Source of the DNA: Candidatus Poribacteria bacterium
Lineage (GTDB): Bacteria; Poribacteria; WGA-4E; WGA-3G
Direction: 5' to 3'
Assembly: GCA_965215265.1 (NCBI GenBank)
Contig: OZ244048.1
Location: 3,872,001-3,936,000, forward strand
DNA: 64,000 nucleotides
This document shows positions 10,751-20,441 of the stretch, one piece after another (position 1 is the stretch's first letter; each line of letters begins with the position of its first letter). The translations under genes were made by a program, and so were the position numbers. The notes below the pieces were generated by a model. That model was not told the DNA's origin and made no database searches. It saw only the letters and a list, made by a program, of their open reading frames with translations.

Positions 10751-11308
10751 TCATGATCTGGCATCCGGTTCACAGATTATTGCGGAATCCACACCGTGCT
10801 CCTCAACTACCTGCACTTGGATGAACTCTTTTCGGGAGGTCGGGACATTTTTCCCGATGTAATGCGCAGAGATCGGCAGTTCACGATGCCCCCTATCGAT
10901 TAATGCAGCCAACTGGATGGCGGCCGGTCTGCCGAAGTCCATGAGCGCGTCCATGGCAGCACGAATCGTGCGTCCCGTGTAGAGAACCTCATCCACTAAG
11001 ATGACCCATTTCCCGGTAATTTCAAACGGTAGTTCGGTGCTGTTTATCTGCGTTTGTATTTCATGGAGATTGATATCATCTCGATAGAGGGTGACATCAA
11101 TTGCTCCGACTGCGATGTCGATGTTTTCAATTCGCACGAGATTTTCTGCAATGCGGTGTGCGAGTATGTCGCCTCGGCTTTTTACCCCAACAAGCACCAG
11201 TTCTCCGATGTGTTGGTGGTTCTGCTCTAAAATTTCGTGAGCAATTCTGGTGAGTGCCCGGCGAATTTCTTCGGCGTTCATGACTTGTGCTTTTTCACGC
11301 ATTTTCAT
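10751..11308 (-). CDS. pyrR: Bifunctional pyr operon regulator / uracil phosphoribosyltransferase
   Basis: RRALTRIAHEI, DVTLYRDD, LVDEVLYTGRTIRAAMDAL, DRGHRELPI. Confidence 0.97.
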   Translation of the reverse strand: MKMREKAQVMNAEEIRRALTRIAHEILEQNHQHIGELVLVGVKSRGDILAHRIAENLVRIENIDIAVGAIDVTLYRDDINLHEIQTQINSTELPFEITGKWVILVDEVLYTGRTIRAAMDALMDFGRPAAIQLAALIDRGHRELPISAHYIGKNVPTSRKEFIQVQVVEEHGVDSAIICEPDARS

Positions 11309-11355
11309 CGGTTCAAAAATCTATTATCGCGTTCAGGGGCCGCTCCGACCCGCAT

Positions 11356-11390
11356 AAAAAAAGCCTCTCCAACACATTGACGGGAAAGGC
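11356..11390 (-). terminator. Attenuator terminator of the pyr leader
   Basis: Minus strand reads GCCTTTCC-12 nt-GGAGAGGC followed by T7, about 50 nt before pyrR. Confidence 0.8.
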
Positions 11391-11562
11391 AGCGTTCCAT
11401 AGTTTTTTTGTTAGGACTGATTTGATAGATGCCCAGAAATCCTTTTGCTTGGGGGCAAGTGGATGTTTTGGTTTGATAGATGCTCCACTTTGTGCAAAGT
11501 GAAACCGCATACTTTCTTCGGTTAGGAGAATAAATTCCAGTTTCGAAAACGTAACTTAGCAT

Positions 11563-11596
11563 CCTTTTTCCACCTCACGGGATGGGATTAAAAAGG
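11563..11596 (-). promoter_or_regulatory. PyrR-binding loop (anti-antiterminator)
   Basis: Minus strand CCTTTTTAATCCCATCCCGTGAGGTGGAAAAAGG matches the CUUUAA...ARUCCNGNGAGGYU...AAAG consensus. Confidence 0.8.
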
Positions 11597-11627
11597 GTTT
11601 TGGCGTATCTAATATCCCAATTACTAT

Positions 11628-11656
11628 ATTATACTATGTCTCTATGTAAATTGCAA
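11628..11656 (-). promoter_or_regulatory. sigma70 promoter of the pyr operon
   Basis: TTGCAA-17 bp-TATAAT on the minus strand, about 30 nt upstream of the PyrR loop. Confidence 0.8.
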
Positions 11657-11785
11657 ATTTTTTTATCCAGAACCAGGCCCTTTCGTCGGGAGTCTATCGA
11701 AGATTAAAAATCGGTTGAAAAAAGTGCAGCGCTTTGCTAATATAGACGTATTGAAATTTCTAGGAAAAAACCAATACGCAAAGAG

Positions 11786-12583
11786 GTGGAATTGATGAGA
11801 AAAAATACGTTTCGAGAGTTGCTGAATTCTGATAAACCGACGGTCGGCACGCATATTCATACAACCTGGCCCTCGATTGTTGAAGCGATTGGCCATACAG
11901 GGTTGTATGACTACGTTGAATTCGTAGGGGAATACGGTCCGTTTGACTTGCACGATTTAGATAACTTGTGCAGGGCAGCTGAACTGCACAATATTTCGAC
12001 AATGATTAAGGTAGATCAGGAACCGCGCGGCTTTATAGCACAGCGTGCTATCGGTTCTGGATTTCAGAGTGTGCTGTACGCAGATTGCCAGAACGTCGAG
12101 GATGTGAAGGAATGTGTGCGCATCACACGGGCGGATACCCCCGAAGACGGCGGTAGTTATGGGGTTGCAACGCGCCGCTTTTCGTATATGGGGTACGGCG
12201 GCGGTCCGGAGTATGTTCAGGCACTGCGCGATGTTGTCGTAGTCATTATGATTGAGAAGAAGGGCACCGTTGAAAAACTTGAAGAGGTGCTGTCCGTTGA
12301 CGGCGTTGACATGATCCAGTGGGGTGGCTCGGACTATTCGATGAGCATCGGGATGGTGGGCCAGCGCGGCGCACCTGAGATCCGTGCAGCCGAACGCAAA
12401 GTTTTTGAGACTGCCATAAAGATGGGCGTGCCACCGCGTGCAGAAATCGGGAGTGCAGATGGCGCGAAACACTACTTAGATATGGGTGTGCGGCATTTCT
12501 GCATCGGCACCGATATCTCTATTCTTTACAGTTGGTGGCGTGAACATGGCGATGGGCTGCGAAAGGCACTTGAAGGGCATTAA
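11786..12583 (+). CDS. HpcH/HpaI aldolase family protein
   Basis: DYVEFVGEYG, VVIMIEK, DGVDMIQWGGSDYSMS; RBS GAGGT. Confidence 0.88.
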   Translation: MELMRKNTFRELLNSDKPTVGTHIHTTWPSIVEAIGHTGLYDYVEFVGEYGPFDLHDLDNLCRAAELHNISTMIKVDQEPRGFIAQRAIGSGFQSVLYADCQNVEDVKECVRITRADTPEDGGSYGVATRRFSYMGYGGGPEYVQALRDVVVVIMIEKKGTVEKLEEVLSVDGVDMIQWGGSDYSMSIGMVGQRGAPEIRAAERKVFETAIKMGVPPRAEIGSADGAKHYLDMGVRHFCIGTDISILYSWWREHGDGLRKALEGH

Positions 12584-12601
12584 AGTGAGGATAGGCATCG
12601 C

Positions 12602-12630
12602 CAGGGCAAATCTTATCTGTTCTGCCCTGA
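12602..12630. terminator. Hairpin between convergent genes
   Basis: CAGGGCA...TGCCCTG inverted repeat. Confidence 0.4.
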
Positions 12631-12657
12631 CAATGCAAATTTATTGCTAGTTAGTGC

Positions 12658-13395
12658 TTAACCGTCTGCTATTATTGTTTGCATCTTCTCTGCTACCCAA
12701 TCGACGGCAACATCGATCATCGCTTGTCCTTTTTCGGCGGTGGCTAACTTTGCTTGATGATGATATTCCCGATCGGATTTTGCCTGTCCAGCGTCTGAGA
12801 TTGTCAATTTTGCACTGTCGTAATCGACTTCGTTCCAATCGACGTTTTCGGCAAAGGCGGCGAGGGCAAAGGCTGTCTCAAACTCCGCCGCATGCCCCGG
12901 ACAGATGCCAGATTCCATCTGTGCGTTGACGAGTTCCTCGTTATATGCCTCCCAATAGGAGTGGAATTCGAGGTTGATACCGAGTTTCTGGCGGAAGCTA
13001 CCCAACCGTTCGTGCACTGGGCCGGCGTTGCCAGCATGGCCATTGACAATCAGAATGTTATGAATGCCGTGCCGCCGCACGCTATCGGCGACATCATAGA
13101 GGACTTCACCGAACACCTCCGGACGTAGCGTTAGGGTGCCTTTGTGGTCCATCCAGTGTTCCGACACACCAATAGCGAGTGGCGTTGTGACGATAACCTG
13201 CGGAAACAGCTTCTCCGCTGCCAATTTTGAGACATGCACAGCGCTTTGCGTGTCGTGATACATTGCCAAGTGTTCGTTGTGTTGCTCTGTGCTGCCGGCC
13301 GGAATGATGGCACCTATGAGGGTGCCGGCATCGAGAGCTTCTCGGACATATCGACGTTGATTTTCCCACAAAAGTACTGATTTGATTTGTGACAT
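12658..13395 (-). CDS. Creatininase family protein
   Basis: PAGSTEQHNEHL, GVSEHW, VNGHAGN, GHAAEFET. Confidence 0.9.
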   Translation of the reverse strand: MSQIKSVLLWENQRRYVREALDAGTLIGAIIPAGSTEQHNEHLAMYHDTQSAVHVSKLAAEKLFPQVIVTTPLAIGVSEHWMDHKGTLTLRPEVFGEVLYDVADSVRRHGIHNILIVNGHAGNAGPVHERLGSFRQKLGINLEFHSYWEAYNEELVNAQMESGICPGHAAEFETAFALAAFAENVDWNEVDYDSAKLTISDAGQAKSDREYHHQAKLATAEKGQAMIDVAVDWVAEKMQTIIADG

Positions 13396-13436
13396 TGTGC
13401 TTCCTCCATAAAAAAAATGGTAAGTTGGCGCGCTGG

Positions 13437-14480
13437 TTAATCTTGATACTGTGTTAGTCGCTTACGAATTGCCGCAATTCCGCTTTCCATAACCTCCTGA
13501 TTGGGCGGTAGGTACTCTTGCAAACTTTCCCAATCGTACTCATTCTGCTGTGCCTCGCTGTCCTTATCAAACAGAATTTTCGTGCCGTAATCCCGGATTT
13601 CATTCAGTGTCCATTCGTAGATATAGAAGCCGAAAATGTCTGCATGTAGGGTTAAATCGTTGTCTCTTTTTGTCAGATAACGTTCTAAAACAATCTCAAA
13701 CCGCTCGCCCGTGAAGGCGACTAGGTCCTTTTCAGGGGGACCCAAACGGACACCGTCCCAATCAATTAGGTGCAGCCTATTATTGCTATCCAGAATGATA
13801 TTACCCGGTGTCGGATCACCGTGCGTGATAACAAACGGAACTTTCAGGGCTTCCGCTGTCCGTCCTAAACTGTCGTATCTCTCCAAACTTTGTAATATCT
13901 GAGTACGGTACTGCGTAATCGCTTCCACCGTCTGGCGTTGGTATGGATTCTGATAAGTTTTTTCAGTCGAACCGTGTTTAACTTTTTCAGCGGCATCGAG
14001 GACTGCGAAGAGTTCATGCCGCAATGGTAACTCATACGTTGCGACGGTGATTGCCTCTATTTCTGAGCATGCATGGATTTTTGCGAGCAACTCCCCACAG
14101 CTTGCCAATTCGTTATCTGAGAAGTCTTTTCCGGCTTTCCATAAATCCCATCGACTTTTGCCTTCAATAAAGGGAAATAGCGAGACACGGAAATTTTGCC
14201 ACCGAATACTCAGGCCGTTCGCCTTCGTTTTTAGTGGGGCGACAACCTCAGTGATATTTGAACTGTCGTGAAGGCTTGCAGAGACTTGCAACGCGGCTTC
14301 CGGAACGAAAGTTGATGCCTTGACAAAATACTTTTCGCCTGTTGAAGCCGTAGCGATGTAGCCGTAACTATCTTCACCTTCCGGAAAAAAGGTTAACGCT
14401 TGCAAGGTGAGTTCGTATTCTGCATTGAGCAGTCTTTTCAATTCGGTTTTGTCAAAAGTGTTGTCGACTTTCATAAACAA
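13437..14480 (-). CDS. Aminoglycoside phosphotransferase (APH/kinase) family protein
   Basis: YFVK, Brenner motif THGDPTPGNI, LIDWD, PPEKDL. Confidence 0.85.
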   Translation of the reverse strand: MFMKVDNTFDKTELKRLLNAEYELTLQALTFFPEGEDSYGYIATASTGEKYFVKASTFVPEAALQVSASLHDSSNITEVVAPLKTKANGLSIRWQNFRVSLFPFIEGKSRWDLWKAGKDFSDNELASCGELLAKIHACSEIEAITVATYELPLRHELFAVLDAAEKVKHGSTEKTYQNPYQRQTVEAITQYRTQILQSLERYDSLGRTAEALKVPFVITHGDPTPGNIILDSNNRLHLIDWDGVRLGPPEKDLVAFTGERFEIVLERYLTKRDNDLTLHADIFGFYIYEWTLNEIRDYGTKILFDKDSEAQQNEYDWESLQEYLPPNQEVMESGIAAIRKRLTQYQD

Positions 14481-14592
14481 TTTTTTTATCTAGTGCTTCA
14501 AATGCCTTTGCCTTGGCATGAACTGTGGCCTGTCAGGCTTAACCGGAATTCAGCACACTACAGGCGAATGCGCGCTATCCTAGAGAAAACTG

Positions 14593-15364
14593 CTATTTAA
14601 ATTGTTCGAAATAGTCATCAATTTCGGAATGCAACTCAACACCAGCCAGCTCAAAGGCAATTAACAAATCGCTATAACTGTCCTCGCCCCCCAGAAAATC
14701 CCAGAGTTCTTCTGCTATCAAAATTTCGTTCGGCATGTCAAACATCCCTCTCAGTGTCCATCGGTTATAAGGTTGTGGTTCGTAAGGGTTGTAGGGTATC
14801 CCGATCATCGTTTTTATAACAGCATGTGGGTTGTAAGCAAGTTCTGCTGCTGTCCACTCTAAGAGTGTTCGTTTGTATGACAGAAAACCACCCACATTAG
14901 GTTTCACAGTCTTCAAATCGATTAAAAACAATTCCCCTTCCTGGCTTTCCAGCCAGATGTCGACTTGCGTCAATTTCACTGTGTTTAAAGTTCCAGTTAG
15001 ACAAACTTCTCTAATTTCTTCTATTTCAGCTAATATGTTAGGTTCTCTATTGGCGACCACTAATCCGTCAACAATTGCCTGAATTCGTTGATGTGCCTCA
15101 GTGCTAATTGTTGCTGCAGGCTTTACTTGCGTTTCTGCTACCCGAAATCGTCCACGTGCTAATTCGAGTGCTACTGGCTCATAAATTGAAACCCCAAACG
15201 TCGTATTCAAAGACTGAATGAAAGAGTATAAAGCCATCCTATCTTTACCAAGTAAGCGGTGATGAAAAGGCATATTGCTTGTTTCAGGCATGTATGTATG
15301 GAACTTAGACCTTATACACTCTTTGAGCCGTTTTTTTTATCATCATTTGGCGTTGTGAATCCAT
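14593..15364 (-). pseudogene. TdeIII-family Type II restriction endonuclease, frameshifted in an A8 tract near the start
   Basis: Body has MPFHHRLLGKDRMALYSFIQSLNTTFG, D..DLKTVKPN and IPYNPY. The ATG at 15364, just after the MTase stop, is one base out of frame across the A8 at 15331-15338. Confidence 0.8.
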
Positions 15365-15368
15365 CTCT

Positions 15369-16976
15369 TCACGTTCCTTTCTCTTTGAGGTGGAATATCG
15401 TCTCTGAATATGCCTCACCTCGATTTTTTTCTGTCCGATTTAAGACGGGTCGTTTGTACTGACTGACGATGTGCATCCCGGCCATCTCTACGATAGTCGG
15501 GTACATATTGAACTTATCATTCGCAACAATAAAGACATCGTAATTCTCTGCCAAAAATTGCTTGCAGTTTTTTAAGACTTCCGATACACCGTAGACGTAC
15601 GACTCCCTGGCTTCTCGTCCTTTTCCTCTAAAAAGCGGACCAATTTCTAATTCATCAAGCCTTTTGAATCCAAAAAGATCGTAGGCATAAGCGTGTTGTT
15701 CGTGATAATTAATTAATCCGACATACGGTGGGCTGGTAAAAATTCCCTTAATCCGCTGGGTTTGTGCCAATTTCGCGAGGTGAGGATTTTCGTGCTTTAG
15801 TATGGCAAAGAGGTTGATTGTCCGCGAATCTCCCGTTAAACAGTGCTGAAATGTATCCGTTTTCAACCGTCTGAACGTAAGCCACCGTTCAATGCTATCC
15901 TTGGTATAACGTTTCCACCATTCTAAAATAGAGAATAGCGGTTTGCAGATTTTTCCGTGTTTTCGGCAATAATAGGTTGTGGTTACCGGTGTTCGCAGCG
16001 TCCCTAAATCGGCGTGTGTAGTGGCTCTGCAGGAGCGGATGGTCCGGCTTAGGATTAACATCAAGGCGTTTTGCGTCTCGGTATCTTGGACTTCATTAAT
16101 TAAGCCGTGGACAAAGTCTATCTCTCTCCTGACTCTTGGAAGGTACCACTGCTTCATAAAACGCGCAGAGTCGGCCGGCATCTGTAAGTCAACACCGTAT
16201 TCTTCAACAAGTTTGTGATATGTCTTTAAAAATACGGTTTCCTTCTCGGCCCCGTACTGTTTCTGATCGATTTCACAGGTCTTGACGTGGCGTTTGAACG
16301 AGAGGGGGAAAAATTGGTTGTTAAAATGTGTGAGTTTTTCTGCAAGCGTCGCTTGAAATTCAAGAATATTAGTGCAGGAGACAAAATGTCTGAGTGCCGA
16401 TGTAATTTTCTTGCTCTCATTCCACAACTGAATGAAATCGTATGTCGCGACTTTGGCATTACTCATGAAAGCGTTAAATGCCGAAACATCAACGCCAATC
16501 GCGTGCATACCCAGCTCGTTCGCTTGGACGAGGGTTGTTCCGCTCCCACAAAACGGATCCAGCACGATGTGACCCGGCTGAAAACAGTTCTCCTTCTTAA
16601 AGTTGTCTGTGTGTGCATCTAGAAAATATTCAACCAATTGAGGAATGAATTTACCTTTGTAGGGATGCAGCCGGTGAACGTGCTTAGTCGTCTCTGCTTC
16701 TTTGACTTCTTCAAAGGAGAGATTCCAATTCAGGTCGGCTCCCAACTGTTTTTTCCAGCTTCTCTCTCTCTGCTTCAGATAGTCTACGTAGTATGCAGTG
16801 AGGCTGTCCTTGGGAACCAACGTTACCCCACTATCACTAATGGATTCAATCCGTCCGTACTGAACCAGATATGAGATATTTGAAGGTGTAACATTTTTAT
16901 TTAGGTATTTTGATGCCCACACGCTTGCTTGTTTGAGTGTTAATAACATTTGCGTTTTTTTATGTGCTACAGTCAT
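15369..16976 (-). CDS. Site-specific DNA methyltransferase (probably N4-cytosine) with N-terminal HTH-like extension
   Basis: HRLHPYKGKFIPQL, DPFCGSGTT, TSPPY; cognate of the downstream REase. Confidence 0.9.
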   Translation of the reverse strand: MTVAHKKTQMLLTLKQASVWASKYLNKNVTPSNISYLVQYGRIESISDSGVTLVPKDSLTAYYVDYLKQRERSWKKQLGADLNWNLSFEEVKEAETTKHVHRLHPYKGKFIPQLVEYFLDAHTDNFKKENCFQPGHIVLDPFCGSGTTLVQANELGMHAIGVDVSAFNAFMSNAKVATYDFIQLWNESKKITSALRHFVSCTNILEFQATLAEKLTHFNNQFFPLSFKRHVKTCEIDQKQYGAEKETVFLKTYHKLVEEYGVDLQMPADSARFMKQWYLPRVRREIDFVHGLINEVQDTETQNALMLILSRTIRSCRATTHADLGTLRTPVTTTYYCRKHGKICKPLFSILEWWKRYTKDSIERWLTFRRLKTDTFQHCLTGDSRTINLFAILKHENPHLAKLAQTQRIKGIFTSPPYVGLINYHEQHAYAYDLFGFKRLDELEIGPLFRGKGREARESYVYGVSEVLKNCKQFLAENYDVFIVANDKFNMYPTIVEMAGMHIVSQYKRPVLNRTEKNRGEAYSETIFHLKEKGT

Positions 16977-17016
16977 GAGAGTTCGCTCCAGTTATGTTGC
17001 ATCTGAGGCATCCAGA

Positions 17017-17457
17017 TTAATTTGCCACGAGCGGTGCCACCTTCTGAAAGACTACCTTGCTGTTGCTTTTCAATTTCAAGGTTTCGGCGATGTTTCCTCT
17101 GTTAATGGCAATTTTAAACCTGCCTGTGGAGGTGGAAAATCTTCCCAAGTAGTCACCAACTGGTACATCCGCGTAGTTTTCAACGAATTTAATTCGGATT
17201 GTCTCGCCTATTGCGAATTTTGCGTTAAGTGTATCGCCGATTTGCCAGCCGCGTTCGGCAAATGTTTCGCTGAGGAGGTCTGTGACAGCGTTCCCGTGGT
17301 CATCAATTTCAACGATGGTTGCAGAAAGAGGATTGCCCTGGTCGTTTTCAGGTGTATCGGTTTTCATACCGCAGCCACTGAGCATTGATAGGGTGATGAG
17401 AAAACAAGCAAACGTCAAACTGCAAGAGAGTAGACAGGATGAATTGTCAGATGTCAT
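17017..17457 (-). CDS. Putative lipoprotein with a stand-alone SAM hydroxide adenosyltransferase (fluorinase/chlorinase-like) C-terminal domain
   Basis: Lipobox LSGC; IDDHGNAVTD, YADVPVGD and IAINRGN are characteristic of the DUF62 C-terminal beta domain. Confidence 0.7.
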   Translation of the reverse strand: MTSDNSSCLLSCSLTFACFLITLSMLSGCGMKTDTPENDQGNPLSATIVEIDDHGNAVTDLLSETFAERGWQIGDTLNAKFAIGETIRIKFVENYADVPVGDYLGRFSTSTGRFKIAINRGNIAETLKLKSNSKVVFQKVAPLVAN

Positions 17458-17787
17458 GATAGTTGCTCCGTTTGAATTCAGGATTGTTTATTTTTTTAAG
17501 TATAACGAAAAAGCAAACGGCTGTCAAGGATTTTTCAAGGAAGGTAGGACTTTAGCGCCGCGATTTGGAAATGGAGGCACCTACTGCCTATTGGATGGAC
17601 GACAGCAAGCCCCTGACCCTGATGGACTGAAGCAATTAGGAGCTGAAATTCGCCTCTTTTTGGAGGTTTGCCTGTCTTAGACATGGTGAAACTTTTGCCA
17701 CTGCGGCAATTACGATTTTTTTACTATCCTTTTTAGACTTCAGAGACTCTATATAACCAAACCCCTGAAACGGAAAAGGAGTAAACA

Positions 17788-18351
17788 ATGTCTACAGAAC
17801 ATGAAACTCAGAAGGAAATCCGGCGAATTCTACGACTCCTAGAAGCTACAGCCAACGCTGTAGAAACCTCATCCATTGATAGCGATAGCACAAAGGTAGA
17901 AGGCGGGGCACGATGTGCCCGGCAGTTCAATAACGCGCTAACTTATTTAATAGAACTAGATGCTGTACCGGAAGGACTGTTCGAACCCTTAGAGGCAGAC
18001 ACCACTTTTGGTGATATTTATTTTGCTTGCCATCAGGTCACCGCGTATCTCAAAGAAGGGATATGTGATGACTTTGATTTCGCCGAAGTTAAGAAAACCA
18101 TAGGCAGTGAATTAAAAGATGTTGGTGAGGTGGTTAGACAATCGATGCCTGCTTTCCTTAAAGATGTCTGGAGCGGCACTACGAAAGAAGAAACAGACGA
18201 CTCTGCACCGGTAACCGTTGAGGTCACGTCGGAAGAGGACAAAGAGAATTCGGTTGAGCAGCGTATTGAGAAACTTGAAGGGCAAATGGAAACTATTGTC
18301 GAGATACTCCAGGAACTTCGTGCAAAGCAAGTTGAAGAAAATCGTAAGTAG
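17788..18351 (+). CDS. Acidic hypothetical protein with C-terminal coiled coil
   Basis: Strong RBS AAGGAG; 187 aa. Confidence 0.75.
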   Translation: MSTEHETQKEIRRILRLLEATANAVETSSIDSDSTKVEGGARCARQFNNALTYLIELDAVPEGLFEPLEADTTFGDIYFACHQVTAYLKEGICDDFDFAEVKKTIGSELKDVGEVVRQSMPAFLKDVWSGTTKEETDDSAPVTVEVTSEEDKENSVEQRIEKLEGQMETIVEILQELRAKQVEENRK

Positions 18352-18365
18352 TTTGGGGAACTTCG

Positions 18366-20309
18366 TTACCAATGCTTAAAAGAGTACATCTGTTGTCCTA
18401 AAAACAGCCCTAAAATTGCCCAAAGGCTACCCATGACAAATTCACCGAGCATTGTCCCGAAAAAGAAGGGCAATGCTCGACGATACGTCCCAATTCCGCC
18501 GTGTCGGATAAGGATGGATTTGATACCCCACGCGAGGAATACAGGGAACCAGAGTCTACCAAAGTTCCAATTGCCTGCAAGCGGGTAGGCAAGGGGGTGC
18601 AGCTGCCACCAAATAAAACGCAGGCGCATCAGCAGTGTGCTCAACGTAACCCATATCCCGAATCCAAAAAATCCGAGGTGCCGCCAATCCGTATCATTCG
18701 GCAAAGTCAGCCAACGCTGTAAGTCGCTGAAGGCTTCCTGTCCACGCCAAGTGCCTAAGCTCCCATGTTGATAACCGGCGTGCAGGAATGCAGTAAACCC
18801 GAGCAGGAGCCCAACGACCGTTGCACCCCACATCACCCAGAGCAGCTGCCGTGTATTAATCGTGCCCCGGTCGGCAAGTTTGAAGCCTTCCAGTTGATTC
18901 GGCATCGGCTGTGAACGGTAGTTTCGCGTGAACCCATAAAGGAAAGCAAATCCCGTTAAGGTCGGCGGCCCGATTTTTCTTGAGCCCAAAACCGAGGTCA
19001 GAAAAAGCCCGGGCCCCGCACGGTAGAAATCTTGCGTTGGGGTGCCAAGCTCCGCACGCATCCGCGTAAAGGCCAAAACGAGAATAAAATGGACAGTGAA
19101 AAACCCAAGCACACCCCACCAGGACATCCCTGCCTTGAGACAGAAGCCAAACACTATCGCAATACTAACGAGAAATCCGATAAACGTGGTTCTATACCCC
19201 ATCGGTTCATTCGCTGCATTAAGCGTGTTTTTGAACCCTAAAATATTGTGCAACACCTGCCGCAAATGCTTATGCGTTATCCATAATGCAAACAGACAGA
19301 GCCCGAAATACGCACCGAGTGACTGCATATCAATGTGTGGATAGCCCGGTGTTTGATTCAATCCAGTCATCGCGCCGAAGACGAGCTGCGCCTTCCAAAA
19401 AAGATAGAAAAGCCAACAAGAGAGCGATAACTCAAGAGGCATCAGGAAGCCGATACCGATAGCGTACGGGTTAAAATGGATGGGTGTCGAACCGATAGCA
19501 CTGAACGGTTTCTCTGTGAACAACGTCCCAATATCATGCCGAATCGGGATACCCGGAACATAAGGGTAGAGGAAATTGATACCGTTGAGCAGGTCTAGGC
19601 CGCACCCCATCGCAAAACCGAGCCATAGGAGCCGGTTTTTATAAAAACGGGGTGTTTTCGTCATCTCAAACGGAAGTAGAATAATCGGATAGCTCAGCTT
19701 CTCGTGTTCAATCCACTGTTTTCGGAGAATCACGTTGAGCATGAGCATAGAGAACGCAAGTGCAGAAAAGAAGAGCGTCCAAGATAGTACCGGGGTGAGC
19801 CAGGCGCGGATATGCTCGACTTCAAATAGGTTTGAAGTCCCTTCGTAGTAACCGGTTAAAGCACGTCGGTTCATAACCGCAATCCACTCCGGAATGTACC
19901 GGAAGAACAGAGATTGCCATTCATTTTCGGGGGTAGCGAACCAGCTGGCATGCCCAAGGACACACACGGTCGCTTGCAAAAGGTCATGCCCACAAACGAC
20001 ACATGCCAGCGTTACCATGAGGTAAACGGTTAGCATCTCAGCTTGCGTCAGCTGCCACTTCGGGAGGTATCGAGTTAAAAAGAAATTGGAAATCGCAACC
20101 AGAAATAGGGTAAAAATGGCATTGAAGAAAATCGCCATCGTGGTAGGATACTGCGTTGTCCACACTGTTTCTGTTTGAACGACAAGGTAGATGTTAAGGG
20201 GCAGTGAGAGGAGCCCTAAAAGGATGGCTCGCCATGTGACGCTTTCATATTTCCCCGTTTCTAGAGCGATTTTCCAGTCGTGGACTTTCGGATCTTTTTC
20301 TAATACCAT
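18366..20309 (-). CDS. Large polytopic membrane protein (DUF6785/DUF6784, OPT-like transporter)
   Basis: LRKQWIEHEKLSYP, RMRAELG, WWQLHPLAY; more than 14 TM helices. Confidence 0.8.
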   Translation of the reverse strand: MVLEKDPKVHDWKIALETGKYESVTWRAILLGLLSLPLNIYLVVQTETVWTTQYPTTMAIFFNAIFTLFLVAISNFFLTRYLPKWQLTQAEMLTVYLMVTLACVVCGHDLLQATVCVLGHASWFATPENEWQSLFFRYIPEWIAVMNRRALTGYYEGTSNLFEVEHIRAWLTPVLSWTLFFSALAFSMLMLNVILRKQWIEHEKLSYPIILLPFEMTKTPRFYKNRLLWLGFAMGCGLDLLNGINFLYPYVPGIPIRHDIGTLFTEKPFSAIGSTPIHFNPYAIGIGFLMPLELSLSCWLFYLFWKAQLVFGAMTGLNQTPGYPHIDMQSLGAYFGLCLFALWITHKHLRQVLHNILGFKNTLNAANEPMGYRTTFIGFLVSIAIVFGFCLKAGMSWWGVLGFFTVHFILVLAFTRMRAELGTPTQDFYRAGPGLFLTSVLGSRKIGPPTLTGFAFLYGFTRNYRSQPMPNQLEGFKLADRGTINTRQLLWVMWGATVVGLLLGFTAFLHAGYQHGSLGTWRGQEAFSDLQRWLTLPNDTDWRHLGFFGFGIWVTLSTLLMRLRFIWWQLHPLAYPLAGNWNFGRLWFPVFLAWGIKSILIRHGGIGTYRRALPFFFGTMLGEFVMGSLWAILGLFLGQQMYSFKHW

Positions 20310-20441
20310 TTCTGAATCTCGACAATCGGATTCATCTGGGCAAAATGTGCAAACTGTAGGTTTCGCAAAAATTGCGACTTGCGTGTAAACTATAAAAAAA
20401 CAACTTAGAAAAGCAGAAACGAGTTAGGGGCTTAGGAAATA

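Noticed and set aside
13437-14480. APH and AAC(3) (39647) as acquired antibiotic-resistance genes
   Set aside because: Only family-level motifs; no mobile context; these families include many non-resistance enzymes.
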